Notes: generated by a model from the letters alone, not told the origin. A stretch of 64,000 nt of DNA from an uncultured Gaiellales bacterium (GCA_964423425.1 CAYRES010000002.1:76095-140094); one strand, 5' to 3'; positions 48,845-58,976 are shown, numbered from the stretch's first letter. Translations and numbers: made by a program.

Positions 48845-48872
48845 TGGGTTCTAACCACCGGGTTCGAACCAC
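48845..48872. repeat. tandem direct repeat of a 14-bp palindromic motif, GGGTTC(T/G)AACCACC x2, in the 5' leader of the dehydrogenase-epimerase operon
   Basis: Two adjacent copies, each with an internal palindrome (GGTTCTAACC / GGTTCGAACC). They lie about 20-50 nt upstream of the minus-strand start codon, just beyond the SD. Confidence 0.45.
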
Positions 48873-49200
48873 CGCAGCGTGGCACGTCCTTGTGGCGGCC
48901 GATGCGATGATAGCAGTAGGGGACTCGGCACCGTAAGGCGCCGCAACAGGGAGAAGTAGGTCCTGTGCCGCCGTGAATTACGTGTCGCACGATGACGTAT
49001 TGTCCCGGTGCGTCCAAGTGTCAGCGCCACTCCCGCAGCAGGATCCGAAGCTCCTTGGTGGGAATCCTCTGCCGCCGGGGCGGTGATTTGCCCCTCAGCG
49101 CCGAGGCGGAACGCGTATCATTGATGATCAGCATCAACAAGTCGGCGCCGGCGAACGTCTGGGGTGCCGAGAATCTCACATTCGCACGGGAGGAGCACGG

Positions 49201-49720
49201 TATGCGCAGGTTCGTGGTCGGGTTGATTGTGGTGGTGATGGTCATGGCGGGGCTTGCGGGCTGCGGCGACTCTGAAGGTGGAGCGGCGGCCGGTCTTCCC
49301 ACCAGCTCCACCACCGCCCAGACTGCCGGTGAGACCACGCCGCCCACCGAGCCTCCAGCGGACGGCTCGGGCGGGAGCGAAGCCTGGACCACCGTTGCCG
49401 AATTGCGCTCGACCGACCCCTTCTTCCAAGACATGGAGGGCCTTCTGATCAGCGAGGCGTTCACCGTCACGGGTGACGTGCGTGTGGTGCTCGACATGCC
49501 GGAGGCCGGCCACATAGACGGTGTCATTGTCGCTGTTGTGCCGGAGGAGGCCGCCGCCGATGTGTTCACGCTTCTTCGCGCGATGGAGGATGCCACCGTT
49601 CTCACCTTGATTCCGTCGGCTCCGGTGAAGGAGGTCCCGGGCCTCGACGGCACCTACGTGCTCGTCAACTCGTTGCCTGCCGCCAAGGACTGGACGCTCG
49701 AAGTGCAGACCCGAAACTGA
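49201..49720 (+). CDS. hypothetical lipoprotein
   Basis: Signal peptide with lipobox LAGC. SD GGGAGGAG before the ATG. No recognisable domain. Confidence 0.5.
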
Positions 49721-49821
49721 GATGGTGCCCGCCGCTCGCTACTGCCGACCGCTCGCCAGCAGCAGCCCGCTTGGCTCCCTCTCGGGGCTCCGTGGAAGGC
49801 CCGAGTCAGTCCGGGTGAGCG

Positions 49822-52233
49822 GTGCGCGTATGTGCGGCGCAATGCTTCGGATATGATAGACAAATGGACTATCGGCCTCCTTCATCCAGCGACGCCTACA
49901 AGCTGATATCGGAACTGGTCGCCGACTTCTTGTACTGCTTCTCGGTATCCGAGGCAGGAGACGGTTTCCGGCTGGAGTGGGCGACGGGACGATTGGAGGA
50001 GGTCACCGGCTTCACACCGGCGGAGATCGAGGCCGGAGGGGGCTTGGCGGGGATCATTCACCCCGGTGACGCAGACGAGGTTGCAGATCATGCACGCCGG
50101 CTTCTGTCCGGCGATGACGACGTGATCGAGTTCCGCGTCGTCACCAAGGCCGGCGAGGTGCGGCGGCTCAGAGGTCATGCCCGGCCGCTTGTGGACCGGG
50201 CGAGTAGGCGGGTGTCCGGCATAGTGGGGGCGGCACAGGATGTGACCGAGCGCCGGCGCGAGCAGGATGAACTCCGCGACAGCAGAAGCCGCCTGAACGC
50301 ACTCATTGAGCATGCGCCCGTCGGTATCGTGCAGATCGATCAGGACGCATGTGTCACGGTGTGGAACCCGGCTGCCGAACGCATCTTCGGGTGGACGGCC
50401 GAGGAGACTCTCGGGAGGCCACTACCCTACATTCCCCCCGACAAGCGCGATGAAGCGCTCGCGCTCATCGGGCGTGGACTTGAGGGGGAGCCACACTTGG
50501 GGCTCAAGATGGAACGGCAGCGCAAGGATGGAGCCCGCATCACCATCATGCTGTGGTCTGCTCCCGTCTATGACGCCCAGGGCGTGGTCACGGCAAGTAT
50601 AGGCGCCTTCGAAGACATGACCGATCGGGTGCAGGCGGAGGAAGCGCTCCGGGTGGAGCGGGAGTTCAGCATACTGCTTCTCGATACCATGCCGGTGTTC
50701 TTCGTGGCCATCGACGCGCGGGTCACCACCCTGCGGATGAACCGGGCGCTGCTCGAAGCGGTGGAGTACACGGCAGAGGAGGTGTCGGGCCTGCCGTACC
50801 TCTCCACCTTCGTGCCCGAGGAGGAGCACGCGGCCGTTGCTGCGGTCTTTCGCTCAATTGCAGACGCGGGGGAGTTCTCGCTGAACGAGAACCACATTGT
50901 GAGCCGCTCGGGGCGTACCTTCTTGGTGGAGTGGCGGGGGAGGCCGGTGTTGGGCGCAGACGGCACCCTGGATTTCTTCGTGGGGGTGGGCATCGACATC
51001 ACCTCGCGCCGGCAGGCCGAGGAAGAGCGCAGGAAGATGGAGTGGCAGCTTCTGCAGTCCCAGCGCATGGAGTCGGTGGGCCGCTTGGCCGGAGGTGTGG
51101 CGCACGACTTCAACAACATGCTGCAAACGATTCTGGGCTACGCGGATATGGCCTTGGCTGAAGTACCCGCCGACTCTCTGCTCGCCGAGTACGTGTGGGA
51201 GATGCGGGGTGCGGCTGAGCGTTCCGCCGATCTCACCCGGCAACTCTTGGCCTTTGCCCGCCGCCAGACCATCGCCCCCCGCATACTCGACGTCAACGAG
51301 AGGGTGGAAGGACTCCTTGGCATGCTGGAGAGACTGATCGGTGAGCAGATCACCCTCACCTGGCGACCCGCCGCCGGTCTGCCGTCGGTACGTCTCGACC
51401 CCTCCCAGCTCGACCAGCTCCTCACCAACCTGGTGGTCAACGCTCGTGATGCCACCCCCGGCGCCGGTGAGATCGTCATCGAGACCGGCCACGCGGTGCT
51501 CGACGAGGCCTACTGCGTGGGGCGGGAGGGCCTCGAGCCGGGTGATTTCGTGACTCTCACGGTAAGTGATACCGGCAGGGGCATGGATCGAGCCACCCTT
51601 GACCGCGCGTTCGATCCGTTCTTCACCACGAAGGTGGTGGGCTGCGGCACGGGGCTCGGTCTGGCCACCGTCTACGGCATCGTCAAGCAGAATTCGGGCT
51701 CCATCACTGCCTACAGCGAACCGGGACGAGGTTCTACGTTCCGTGTCTACCTGCCTGCCTTCGGCGGCCCGGTCGAAGAACCGTCTGTCCCCCGTATAGG
51801 GGCGAGTCTTGTGGGCGGTTCCGAGACGGTGCTGGTAGTGGAGGACGAGGTGACCATTCTTGATCTCACCCGCCGCCAGCTCGAGGGCTTGGGCTATCGC
51901 GTACTCTCTGCCGGCCGACCCGCCGAAGCACTGGCGAAGGCCGCCGCTCACGATGGGCCTCTCCACCTACTCGTCACCGACGTGGTCATGCCGGGCATGG
52001 ATGGGCGGGAACTCGCCTCCCGATTGCAGGCCGTCCGGCCCGGGCTTCGTTGTCTGTTCATGTCCGGGTATACGGCCAACGTGATCGCCCACCGGGGTGT
52101 GCTCGATGAGGGAGTGCATTTCTTGGAGAAGCCCTTCACGCAGGCTGCGCTCGCGGCCAAGGTGCGTGAGGCGCTCGATACTACAGGCACTCTCCCGGCC
52201 GAGCCACGCGAGCCCCCGCCCGAAGGTGTCTGA
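49822..52233 (+). CDS. hybrid sensor histidine kinase (multiple PAS, HisKA, HATPase_c, C-terminal receiver)
   Basis: PAS cores, the H-box GGVAHDFNNMLQ, N/G1/G2 boxes and a C-terminal REC (VLVVEDE...LLVTDVVMPGMDG). The start may be ATG 49864. Confidence 0.8.
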   Translation: MRVCAAQCFGYDRQMDYRPPSSSDAYKLISELVADFLYCFSVSEAGDGFRLEWATGRLEEVTGFTPAEIEAGGGLAGIIHPGDADEVADHARRLLSGDDDVIEFRVVTKAGEVRRLRGHARPLVDRASRRVSGIVGAAQDVTERRREQDELRDSRSRLNALIEHAPVGIVQIDQDACVTVWNPAAERIFGWTAEETLGRPLPYIPPDKRDEALALIGRGLEGEPHLGLKMERQRKDGARITIMLWSAPVYDAQGVVTASIGAFEDMTDRVQAEEALRVEREFSILLLDTMPVFFVAIDARVTTLRMNRALLEAVEYTAEEVSGLPYLSTFVPEEEHAAVAAVFRSIADAGEFSLNENHIVSRSGRTFLVEWRGRPVLGADGTLDFFVGVGIDITSRRQAEEERRKMEWQLLQSQRMESVGRLAGGVAHDFNNMLQTILGYADMALAEVPADSLLAEYVWEMRGAAERSADLTRQLLAFARRQTIAPRILDVNERVEGLLGMLERLIGEQITLTWRPAAGLPSVRLDPSQLDQLLTNLVVNARDATPGAGEIVIETGHAVLDEAYCVGREGLEPGDFVTLTVSDTGRGMDRATLDRAFDPFFTTKVVGCGTGLGLATVYGIVKQNSGSITAYSEPGRGSTFRVYLPAFGGPVEEPSVPRIGASLVGGSETVLVVEDEVTILDLTRRQLEGLGYRVLSAGRPAEALAKAAAHDGPLHLLVTDVVMPGMDGRELASRLQAVRPGLRCLFMSGYTANVIAHRGVLDEGVHFLEKPFTQAALAAKVREALDTTGTLPAEPREPPPEGV

Positions 52234-52537
52234 GCCGGGACGGCAGGACGACCGCGCAGCCGAGGCACGGCCCGAGTCGCATCCTGACCCGGAGCCGGAG
52301 CGCTTCGAACAGCTCGCGCTCGGGCCCACCATCACCGGCCCAGGGAGGCGCACGGAAGACCTCTACGAGCCGGGCACTCTACTCACCATCAGGGGTGAAC
52401 GCGGCACCTTCCGGTACCGACACGCCAGTCTCAGTCGGGACGGCCGCATCAGTCTGCACTTGGTGGGGAATGAAGGCTATCGGGCTGTGCGTCCCGACGA
52501 GGTCATCCCGGTGCGGCAGAAGAGGCACCGAAGGTAA
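52232..52537 (+). CDS. hypothetical small protein downstream of the histidine kinase
   Basis: About 100-codon ORF beginning at a GTG that overlaps the kinase stop. It is followed 27 nt later by a strong hairpin terminator. The C-terminal half looks like a folded domain (TLLTIRGERGTFRYRH...RISLHLVGNEGYRAVRPDEV). Confidence 0.3.
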   Translation, partial: EPGRQDDRAAEARPESHPDPEPERFEQLALGPTITGPGRRTEDLYEPGTLLTIRGERGTFRYRHASLSRDGRISLHLVGNEGYRAVRPDEVIPVRQKRHRR

Positions 52538-52563
52538 GCACCGGGAGACCCATCACGCGGAAA

Positions 52564-52593
52564 GGGCGGGCCGGCACTGCCGCCGGCCCGCCC
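52564..52593. terminator. GC-rich hairpin (12-bp stem GGGCGGGCCGGC/GCCGGCCCGCCC, 6-nt loop) between convergent genes; putative bidirectional terminator
   Basis: Perfect 12-bp inverted repeat in the 98-bp gap between the + small ORF and the minus-strand protease gene. The flanking U-tract is weak. Confidence 0.45.
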
Positions 52594-52634
52594 TCCGAGT
52601 GTTCTCCGGGCGAGGGTCTCCCGGTTCGCGGGCG

Positions 52635-54773
52635 CTACTTCTTGGCGTTCCCCTTCTCCACGAGCAGGCGGTAGGCCGCCGGGAATGAGGTGGCCTCGGG
52701 CAACCGGTTGCTGAGCACGATGGTCACCTGCTCGCGGTTGAGGAGCGAGGTGTCGAGGGTCTCAGAACTGCGCTGGTACTCTGCGTCGGAGACGATCTCA
52801 GCATCCACGATCTCTATCCCCTCAAACTTGCCCTTCACGTACTGCGGGTTGAGCAGGGTCATGGCCCAGTCGTTCTCAGCCAGGCCGGTGGTGTGCTGCC
52901 AGCCGTCGAGATCCCACGTGCCGGAGCCTGACTCCAGGTCGTCCTGCAGCAGGGTCTCGGTCGCGTCGGTCACCACGATGTCGTCCACATAGAACCCGGC
53001 CTCGGTGGTGGCCCAGTCGGTGATGTAGAGGAAGCGCAGCAGGACGCTCTGGCCCGCATAGGCGGAGAGGTCGAAGCTCTCCTCCACCCAACCGCCGCTC
53101 GAGCCGGTGAAGCCGGGCAGATTGTCAACTGCCGTGGTGATGGCCGAAGGATCGTGATCGATGGTGGTGTCTTCGTTCTCGAGGCTGATCCAGGTGGTGC
53201 CGCCGTCGGTTGAGATCTGCACGAAGCCGAAGTCCCAGGCATCCTCGATCTGGTAGTTGGCCCAGAAGGTGAGGGCGGCGTCGCTTCCCAGCGTGAGTGG
53301 TGCGGCCAGCGTGGCGGTGTTGAAGAGGAGATCACCCCGGCCGCCCCACAACTGCCGCGAGCCCGAGTGAGCCGGAACGCCGGTGGTCAGTGGTGCCCGC
53401 AGGTTGGCGATCAGCTTGGGCGTGAAGCCCCCGTAGGTCAGATACATGGGGGCGTAGGGCATGAGATCGCCGAGGGGATACTGCACCGTGCCGGAGTTGT
53501 AGCCGCCCCAGTAACGGGGTATGGGCAGATTGCCGCGGTTGTCGGAGCCGTAGTGGTTCTTGATGCTCCACTGGATGGAGTAGCCCCAGGTGTCGGCGGA
53601 GGGGATGTCGAGGCCCTCGTAGCCGAGTGGCGCTCCCGAGGCACCGGGGAGCGCGAGGTCATCCAGGTAGTTGGCCAGGGTCCAGTCCCGATATACGTCG
53701 TCGAAGGTGACATCGCCGTAGCCTTGGGAGGCCAGTTGGTTCTCGATGCCTTCGATGCCGTTGGTCGAGTCGTTCACCAATCCCTTCACGAAGTCCGGCC
53801 CACCGAAGTTCTCCAGCAGGTAGAGCTGGAAGAGATAGCTGGCGCCGTAGTCTTCCAGCCCGCCCCCCCACACGGTGAGCGGAGTGCGGTGGTAGATCGT
53901 GTAGTAGGCGAGGGCGTCGGAGGAATGCCCGTAGCCCACCAGGTAGGGGGCGAGATCGGCCAGGCCCTCGTCAACCCAGGAGGCCTCATCGGGGTCGTGG
54001 TCGTAGTGGATGGCGTGTTCGTACTCATGGGTGAACACCTGCTCGTACAGGTACGGCCTCGCAGCGTCGGGCCCCACCCTGTTCGCCCAATCGTAGGAAT
54101 CGATGTGAATGATGTTGCGGTCGGCGTAGGTGTCGTTCATGTCGGGCCAGAAGTAGCCGGCCACGTAGAACGGATACTCCGGGTCGTCGTAGTTCTCGTC
54201 GACGATGTTGTAGACGAGGATCATGACGCGCTGGGGGTCGTCGGTGGCGTACCAGTCGTAGCCCCAGGAGGCGTACAGGCCGCCGGTGCCGTCACGATCG
54301 TTCGTGAGGCCGAAGTAGTGTGTGGCGCCGGGGTAGATGTGGTCGTTGAACTCCGCGAAGAGGTAGTCGACCTGTTCCTGCGTGACCACGTGGGCGGGCC
54401 GGGGGTCGCCGGGCCCATAGGAGAGGTCGTTCGCCACCCAGATCTCGGCTTTGCCTCCGATAGCCCTCAGGGTGAACTCTCGCCAGCCGTCCGCGTAGAG
54501 CCACTCCACGTCATCTACGCCGGCGGCCCGGCCGCCGCTCGAGCGCACGGCGGCGGCGAGTTCAGACGCCGCCGCTTTGGTGGCGCCCTGAATCTTGCTA
54601 TAGGCGGCCCTTCCATCGAGGCTTTTGTAGTAGGTGTCCATGTCCACAGGGATCCCGCTGGTGGGCATCGTGCCGACGCTCTGAGCGGCAAGTGCCGTTG
54701 CGGTGAATAGCATCAAGAACAAGAGTGACGCCAAGAGAACGAGCGTGATGCGAGGTGCAGTGCGGTGTCTCAT
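52635..54773 (-). CDS. secreted M6-family (immune inhibitor A-like) zinc metalloprotease
   Basis: N-terminal signal peptide. HEYEHAIH is the HExxH zincin motif. The size and downstream domains resemble InhA. Confidence 0.75.
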   Translation of the reverse strand: MRHRTAPRITLVLLASLLFLMLFTATALAAQSVGTMPTSGIPVDMDTYYKSLDGRAAYSKIQGATKAAASELAAAVRSSGGRAAGVDDVEWLYADGWREFTLRAIGGKAEIWVANDLSYGPGDPRPAHVVTQEQVDYLFAEFNDHIYPGATHYFGLTNDRDGTGGLYASWGYDWYATDDPQRVMILVYNIVDENYDDPEYPFYVAGYFWPDMNDTYADRNIIHIDSYDWANRVGPDAARPYLYEQVFTHEYEHAIHYDHDPDEASWVDEGLADLAPYLVGYGHSSDALAYYTIYHRTPLTVWGGGLEDYGASYLFQLYLLENFGGPDFVKGLVNDSTNGIEGIENQLASQGYGDVTFDDVYRDWTLANYLDDLALPGASGAPLGYEGLDIPSADTWGYSIQWSIKNHYGSDNRGNLPIPRYWGGYNSGTVQYPLGDLMPYAPMYLTYGGFTPKLIANLRAPLTTGVPAHSGSRQLWGGRGDLLFNTATLAAPLTLGSDAALTFWANYQIEDAWDFGFVQISTDGGTTWISLENEDTTIDHDPSAITTAVDNLPGFTGSSGGWVEESFDLSAYAGQSVLLRFLYITDWATTEAGFYVDDIVVTDATETLLQDDLESGSGTWDLDGWQHTTGLAENDWAMTLLNPQYVKGKFEGIEIVDAEIVSDAEYQRSSETLDTSLLNREQVTIVLSNRLPEATSFPAAYRLLVEKGNAKK

Positions 54774-55125
54774 AGTCCTTCATCCTCGCGAAAGGTGAGA
54801 CTCCGGACGCGGACTCTTCATGGTTGAAAACGCCTGCTATCCTCAAGTGTCCGCACCATGAGGCCTTGAGCACCGTAGTGATCGTGTTCGCGACCGTTGG
54901 CCACGAACAAGACACTTCCAGTATTGTCCCGCCGGGGTCGAGATGCACGTGGTAATTCGACATAGAAGGGTACTTGGGGCGGCCACACGTCAATACGTAA
55001 GAATTCCTGCTGATTGACGAAGTTCTTATGGGTGGACCTCACGCCCTCTCATCGTATACTTCCAAGAGAGTAGTGATTCGGTACGTGCAGGTTGGACGAC
55101 CGCCGCCGCGTCTGGGTGAGCGTGA

Positions 55126-56002
55126 TTGATGGGAGGCTTTGCTCCGGTTCGCGTGGCGACCATGAGCAGGGGCTCCGGGGGGAGAATCGTGAGAGAGCTG
55201 CAGGCCAAACAGGGTTTCATCTGCGACATGGACGGGGTGGTCTACCGGGGGGGACTCGCTTCTGCCTGGAGCCCGCGAGTTCGTGGCCTGGTTGGAGGCG
55301 GAACACAAAGACTACCTCTTCCTTACGCAGAACAGCCAACGGACTCGTGAGGAGCTGCAGCAGCGGCTGCTTCGCTTGGGCATCGAGACCGACGCCATGA
55401 ACTTCTACACGGCCTCGCTGGCCACCGCCAGCTTCCTGGCGGCCCAGTGTCCTGGTGGCAGTGCCTTCGTGATCGGGGATGCCGGGCTCACCAATGCCCT
55501 CTACCAAGCCGGCATCACCATGAACGAGTTCGACCCGGACTACGTAGTGGTGGGAGAGACGAGCTCCTACTCCTTCGAGAAGATCGCCACCGCCATCAGG
55601 CTTGTGTTGGCCGGGGCCCGTCTCATCGGAACCAATCCGGACCTGGTGCTTCCCACGGCTCAGGGCATCTTGCCCGGTTGCGGGGCCATGATCGCTCCCA
55701 TCGAGCGGGCCACCGGGCGCTCCGCCTACTTCCTCGGCAAACCCAATCCTCTCATGATCCGCCACGCTCTCCGCTCACTCGGTACCTCGCGTGAGGAGAC
55801 GGTGTTCATCGGCGACTCCATGGAAACCGACATCATCGCCGGCATCCACACCGAGATCGATACGGTGCTGGTGCTGAGCGGTCACACTGCCGAGGAGGAC
55901 CTGGCCAAGTATGCCTATCGTCCGACGTACGTGCTCGGGGGAGTGGGCGATATCGTGGCGGAGGTGCCATCACGCCCCCCGAGCGTGGGAGGTGAATCAT
56001 GA
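55126..56002 (+). pseudogene. HAD-superfamily hydrolase subfamily IIA (NagD-like) interrupted by a frameshift in a G7 homopolymer
   Basis: Frame 1 reads FICDMDGVVYRGG. Frame 2 continues DSLLPGAREFVAWLEAEHKDYLFLTQNS and the rest of the HAD-IIA domain. The junction is the G7 run at 55247-55253, and an eighth G would restore the reading frame. Confidence 0.55.
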
Positions 56003-56436
56003 GCACGGCATTGGTGGTCTACAGCACCAAGAAGAGCGCGACGGAGGGTATCGCCGCGTGCATCGCCGAAGGGTTGCGCGAGGCCGGAGTTGAGGTGGAG
56101 GTGAAGGGGAGCGCCGAGATCAAGGATTCGGCGCACCTCGAGGGCTACGACGGGTATGTCTTCGGTTCCGCCACCTATCACGGCGAGATGCTGCAGCACA
56201 GCAAGCAGCTTCTCTTCGTGGCCGACAAGGCCAATCTGAAGGGCAAGGTGGGTGCCGCCTTTGGGGCGTTCGGGTGGAGCGGTGAGGCCCCGAGCCGCAT
56301 CTTCGCCACCATGGAGCACATCCTGGGCATGGACATGGTGGAGGAGCCGCTTCGCCTGAAGTCCCCCATCACCGAGGAGGAGTGCGAGAAGGGCCGGGAG
56401 TACGGGAGGCTGGTGGCGGCCAGGCTCAGCCGGTAG
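55999..56436 (+). CDS. flavodoxin-like protein
   Basis: LVVYSTKKSATEGIA...GYDGYVFGSATYHG. ATGA overlap with the HAD gene. Confidence 0.7.
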   Translation: MSTALVVYSTKKSATEGIAACIAEGLREAGVEVEVKGSAEIKDSAHLEGYDGYVFGSATYHGEMLQHSKQLLFVADKANLKGKVGAAFGAFGWSGEAPSRIFATMEHILGMDMVEEPLRLKSPITEEECEKGREYGRLVAARLSR

Positions 56437-56926
56437 CTGTTGGGGCCGGCCGGTCTCTGAACCCGGCTGCGAACCGCACAAAGGCAAAGACGTCGGCGAA
56501 ATTCGACACCACTCCGAGCGATACGCGCATAGTGTTCGGTGTCTTACCCGTGGACTGCCGGATGATGCTTCCACGCTGGTCGAAGGTCGGCGGGGCCGGC
56601 GTGAAGAAGCAGGGGGCCATGTCGTCCCGGGTGAGGTGATGGGCCACCTCCCCGTCTCCGGGGTTGCAGAAACAGCCGGTGCGCAGCGATATGGCTTGTT
56701 CAACCGCCTCACTCTGTGCCGCTCCCACCTCATAGGGCTCACCGGCTGGGTCGAGTAACAGAAAGGCGATGGTGGCACCCCGCTCCTCCATGGTCGTGGG
56801 GCCGAGAATACGCACCATCGGACTTCCGTTGGAGTGGTGCAGCCCGATGGTCACCGCCGGCAGTCCCAAGAAATCCGTTGTGCCGTCCTCGAAGCCGGCC
56901 GGCCGCTCCCCCCGGGCGGTGGGCAT
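56426..56926 (-). pseudogene. C-terminal fragment of a class V (cysteine desulfurase / isopenicillin N epimerase-like) PLP aminotransferase
   Basis: Only about 166 codons, resembling the C-terminal domain (MRVSLGVVSNFADVFAFVRF). The upstream region is occupied by the start of an unrelated kinase gene. Confidence 0.4.
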
Positions 56927-57075
56927 CAGTCTTCGGTTCGGTCCTTCCGGACTCGATGATCCATAGACAGGATACCTCGGTTCTCAACGTGCGCTAAACT
57001 CCGGGCTCGCTCCCGCCGATAGAACGAGGAAAGGGACTGTCTGACGGAGGATCGGGTGAGTTCCTTCGTCGTCTC

Positions 57076-58974
57076 TTGAGATCGGCGCCGGCTGAAGGAT
57101 GCGCCGGTGGCTTGGCTCTCTCGAGGGTGGTCCACCCGTCGGGAGGATGGATGCGGAAGCCGACAACGCGCACAGAGGGATGCGACTGTGGGGCCCTTCA
57201 AGAGACCCTGCCCACCCACCGGCCCGCGCCCGCCTCGGCGGCCCCGTCCGCCCCGCCCACCCACCGCCCCGAGCCCGCCCCGGTAGGAGCGAATGGGGGC
57301 GAGCTCGAAGGCAGATTGAGCCGGGCCGTGAGGCACATCGAGGACGGATTCCTTCTCACCGACGAGCAGGGAGTCGTGGTGGTGTGGAATCCGAAGATGG
57401 AGGAGTTCTTCGGCATCCCGGCCGCAGACGCGCTCGGCAGGCCCCTCTGGGAGCTGCATGCTCGGCTCCTCCCGGGCGACCCCCCTGGCCGTGACAGGGA
57501 ACGTGTGGGCCGGGAGAGCCGCGAGGCCATCGAGGCGGCCTTGGCCGGGGAACCTACCCAAGCCGCCATGACGCTCAACCGAGTGGGGGAGGCGCATGTC
57601 TCCGACGGTAGCAGTCGACGGTCTGTTCAGCTACTGCCTTTCAGCGCCGAGACCGACGGGGGCTTCGTAGTGGGTGCGGTGTGTCGCGATACCACGGCGA
57701 TGCGGCGGGAGTTGGCCGAAGAAGCGCGGACCGAACGTCTCACAGCACTGCAGGACCTCGCCCGCGGGGTGGCCCATGATTTCAACAATCTCCTCACCAC
57801 CATTCTCGGAAGCGCGGGGAGCGCCCGGGAGGAGCTCCAAGATGTCGCCTGGGATCTCGAGTCGATCCATCGGCACCTGGTGCGGGCCGAAGAGGCGGTC
57901 TTGGAGGCGAGAGGCCTGGTGACCCAACTCCTTCTCTTTGCCCGGGGAGAAGGAACGGAGCTCCGTCCGGTCCGGCTTGCCTCTGTCGTTCGCCAGCAGA
58001 TGGACCTGGTCTTGAGCGGCACCGAGGTGCAGGGCGGTGTGCCGGTACGCAGCGTGCTCGAGGATCCCCCTGACCTGTGGGAGGTACGGGGCGACCCCGA
58101 TCAGCTGGCCCAGGTGGTCCGCAACCTCATCCTCAATGCGGCCCAGGCGGCGTCGCCCGTGGGCGGGGAGGTGCGGGTGTCACTTCGGAATGTGGATGAG
58201 TCTCCGGGAGAGCCTCGTGTGGAGCTCGAGGTCGCGGACGACGGCCCAGGCATTCCGGAGGCGCTTTCTGAACGCATCTTCGATCCCTTCTTCAGCACCA
58301 AGGCGGACGGGACAGGGCTTGGCCTCAGCGTGGTATGCAGTGTGGTGGCGAGGCACGGGGGAACCATGACTGCTGAGAATCGATCCGAAGGCGGCGCCTG
58401 CTTCACTGTGACGCTCCCTGCAGTGGCGGGAAGGCCGGAGGATGAAGAGCGGGGAGTCGACGGGATACCCGAGCGAAGAGGGCAATCCCGGGACAACGCT
58501 GAGCCCATGGATTGGCCTCAAGTGGTGAAGTTCCGCGGACGGCGGGTGCTCGTGGTGGAGGATGAACCCACGGTGCGCGCGGTGGTCACGCGCATGTTGC
58601 GGTCGCTCGGATTCCAGGTGACCTCTGCGGGATCACCGAGTGAAGCCGTCGAACTCGTCGGCAGGGGGCGGAGTGCCTGGAAACACGGAGACGGGACGGA
58701 GGGGAATGCGAAAGAGGCACTCGCCTTTGATCTGGTGCTCACCGATCTCCGCCTGGGAGTAGATGGGGACGGTCTCGACGTGGTCACGTTCGTGCGGGAC
58801 GTGCATCCGAAGATACCGGTGCTCATCACGAGCGGCACCCTGGGCGCAGGCGTGGCGGGTGCCGCGGCTGGGCTCGATCTCGCACCCGAGCTGGCTCGGG
58901 GCACGGTTCTCCTCGGCAAACCCTACACGTTCGACGAGCTCAGCACCGCCGTGTGGGACCTCCTGGGTGGGTAG
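57076..58974 (+). CDS. hybrid sensor histidine kinase (PAS, HisKA, HATPase_c, receiver)
   Basis: H-box RGVAHDFNNLLT, G-boxes and a C-terminal REC (VLVVEDEPTVR...DLVLTDLRLG). The start could be 57151. Confidence 0.8.
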   Translation: MRSAPAEGCAGGLALSRVVHPSGGWMRKPTTRTEGCDCGALQETLPTHRPAPASAAPSAPPTHRPEPAPVGANGGELEGRLSRAVRHIEDGFLLTDEQGVVVVWNPKMEEFFGIPAADALGRPLWELHARLLPGDPPGRDRERVGRESREAIEAALAGEPTQAAMTLNRVGEAHVSDGSSRRSVQLLPFSAETDGGFVVGAVCRDTTAMRRELAEEARTERLTALQDLARGVAHDFNNLLTTILGSAGSAREELQDVAWDLESIHRHLVRAEEAVLEARGLVTQLLLFARGEGTELRPVRLASVVRQQMDLVLSGTEVQGGVPVRSVLEDPPDLWEVRGDPDQLAQVVRNLILNAAQAASPVGGEVRVSLRNVDESPGEPRVELEVADDGPGIPEALSERIFDPFFSTKADGTGLGLSVVCSVVARHGGTMTAENRSEGGACFTVTLPAVAGRPEDEERGVDGIPERRGQSRDNAEPMDWPQVVKFRGRRVLVVEDEPTVRAVVTRMLRSLGFQVTSAGSPSEAVELVGRGRSAWKHGDGTEGNAKEALAFDLVLTDLRLGVDGDGLDVVTFVRDVHPKIPVLITSGTLGAGVAGAAAGLDLAPELARGTVLLGKPYTFDELSTAVWDLLGG

Positions 58975-58976
58975 AT

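Noticed and set aside
48845-48872. GGTTCGAACC resembling a tRNA T-arm
   Set aside because: No acceptor stem, anticodon arm or D-arm can be formed around it. Interpreted instead as a tandem palindromic regulatory motif.
53367-54710. 447-aa + strand ORF
   Set aside because: Antisense to the M6 protease gene, which has the HExxH motif. V/G-rich artefact.
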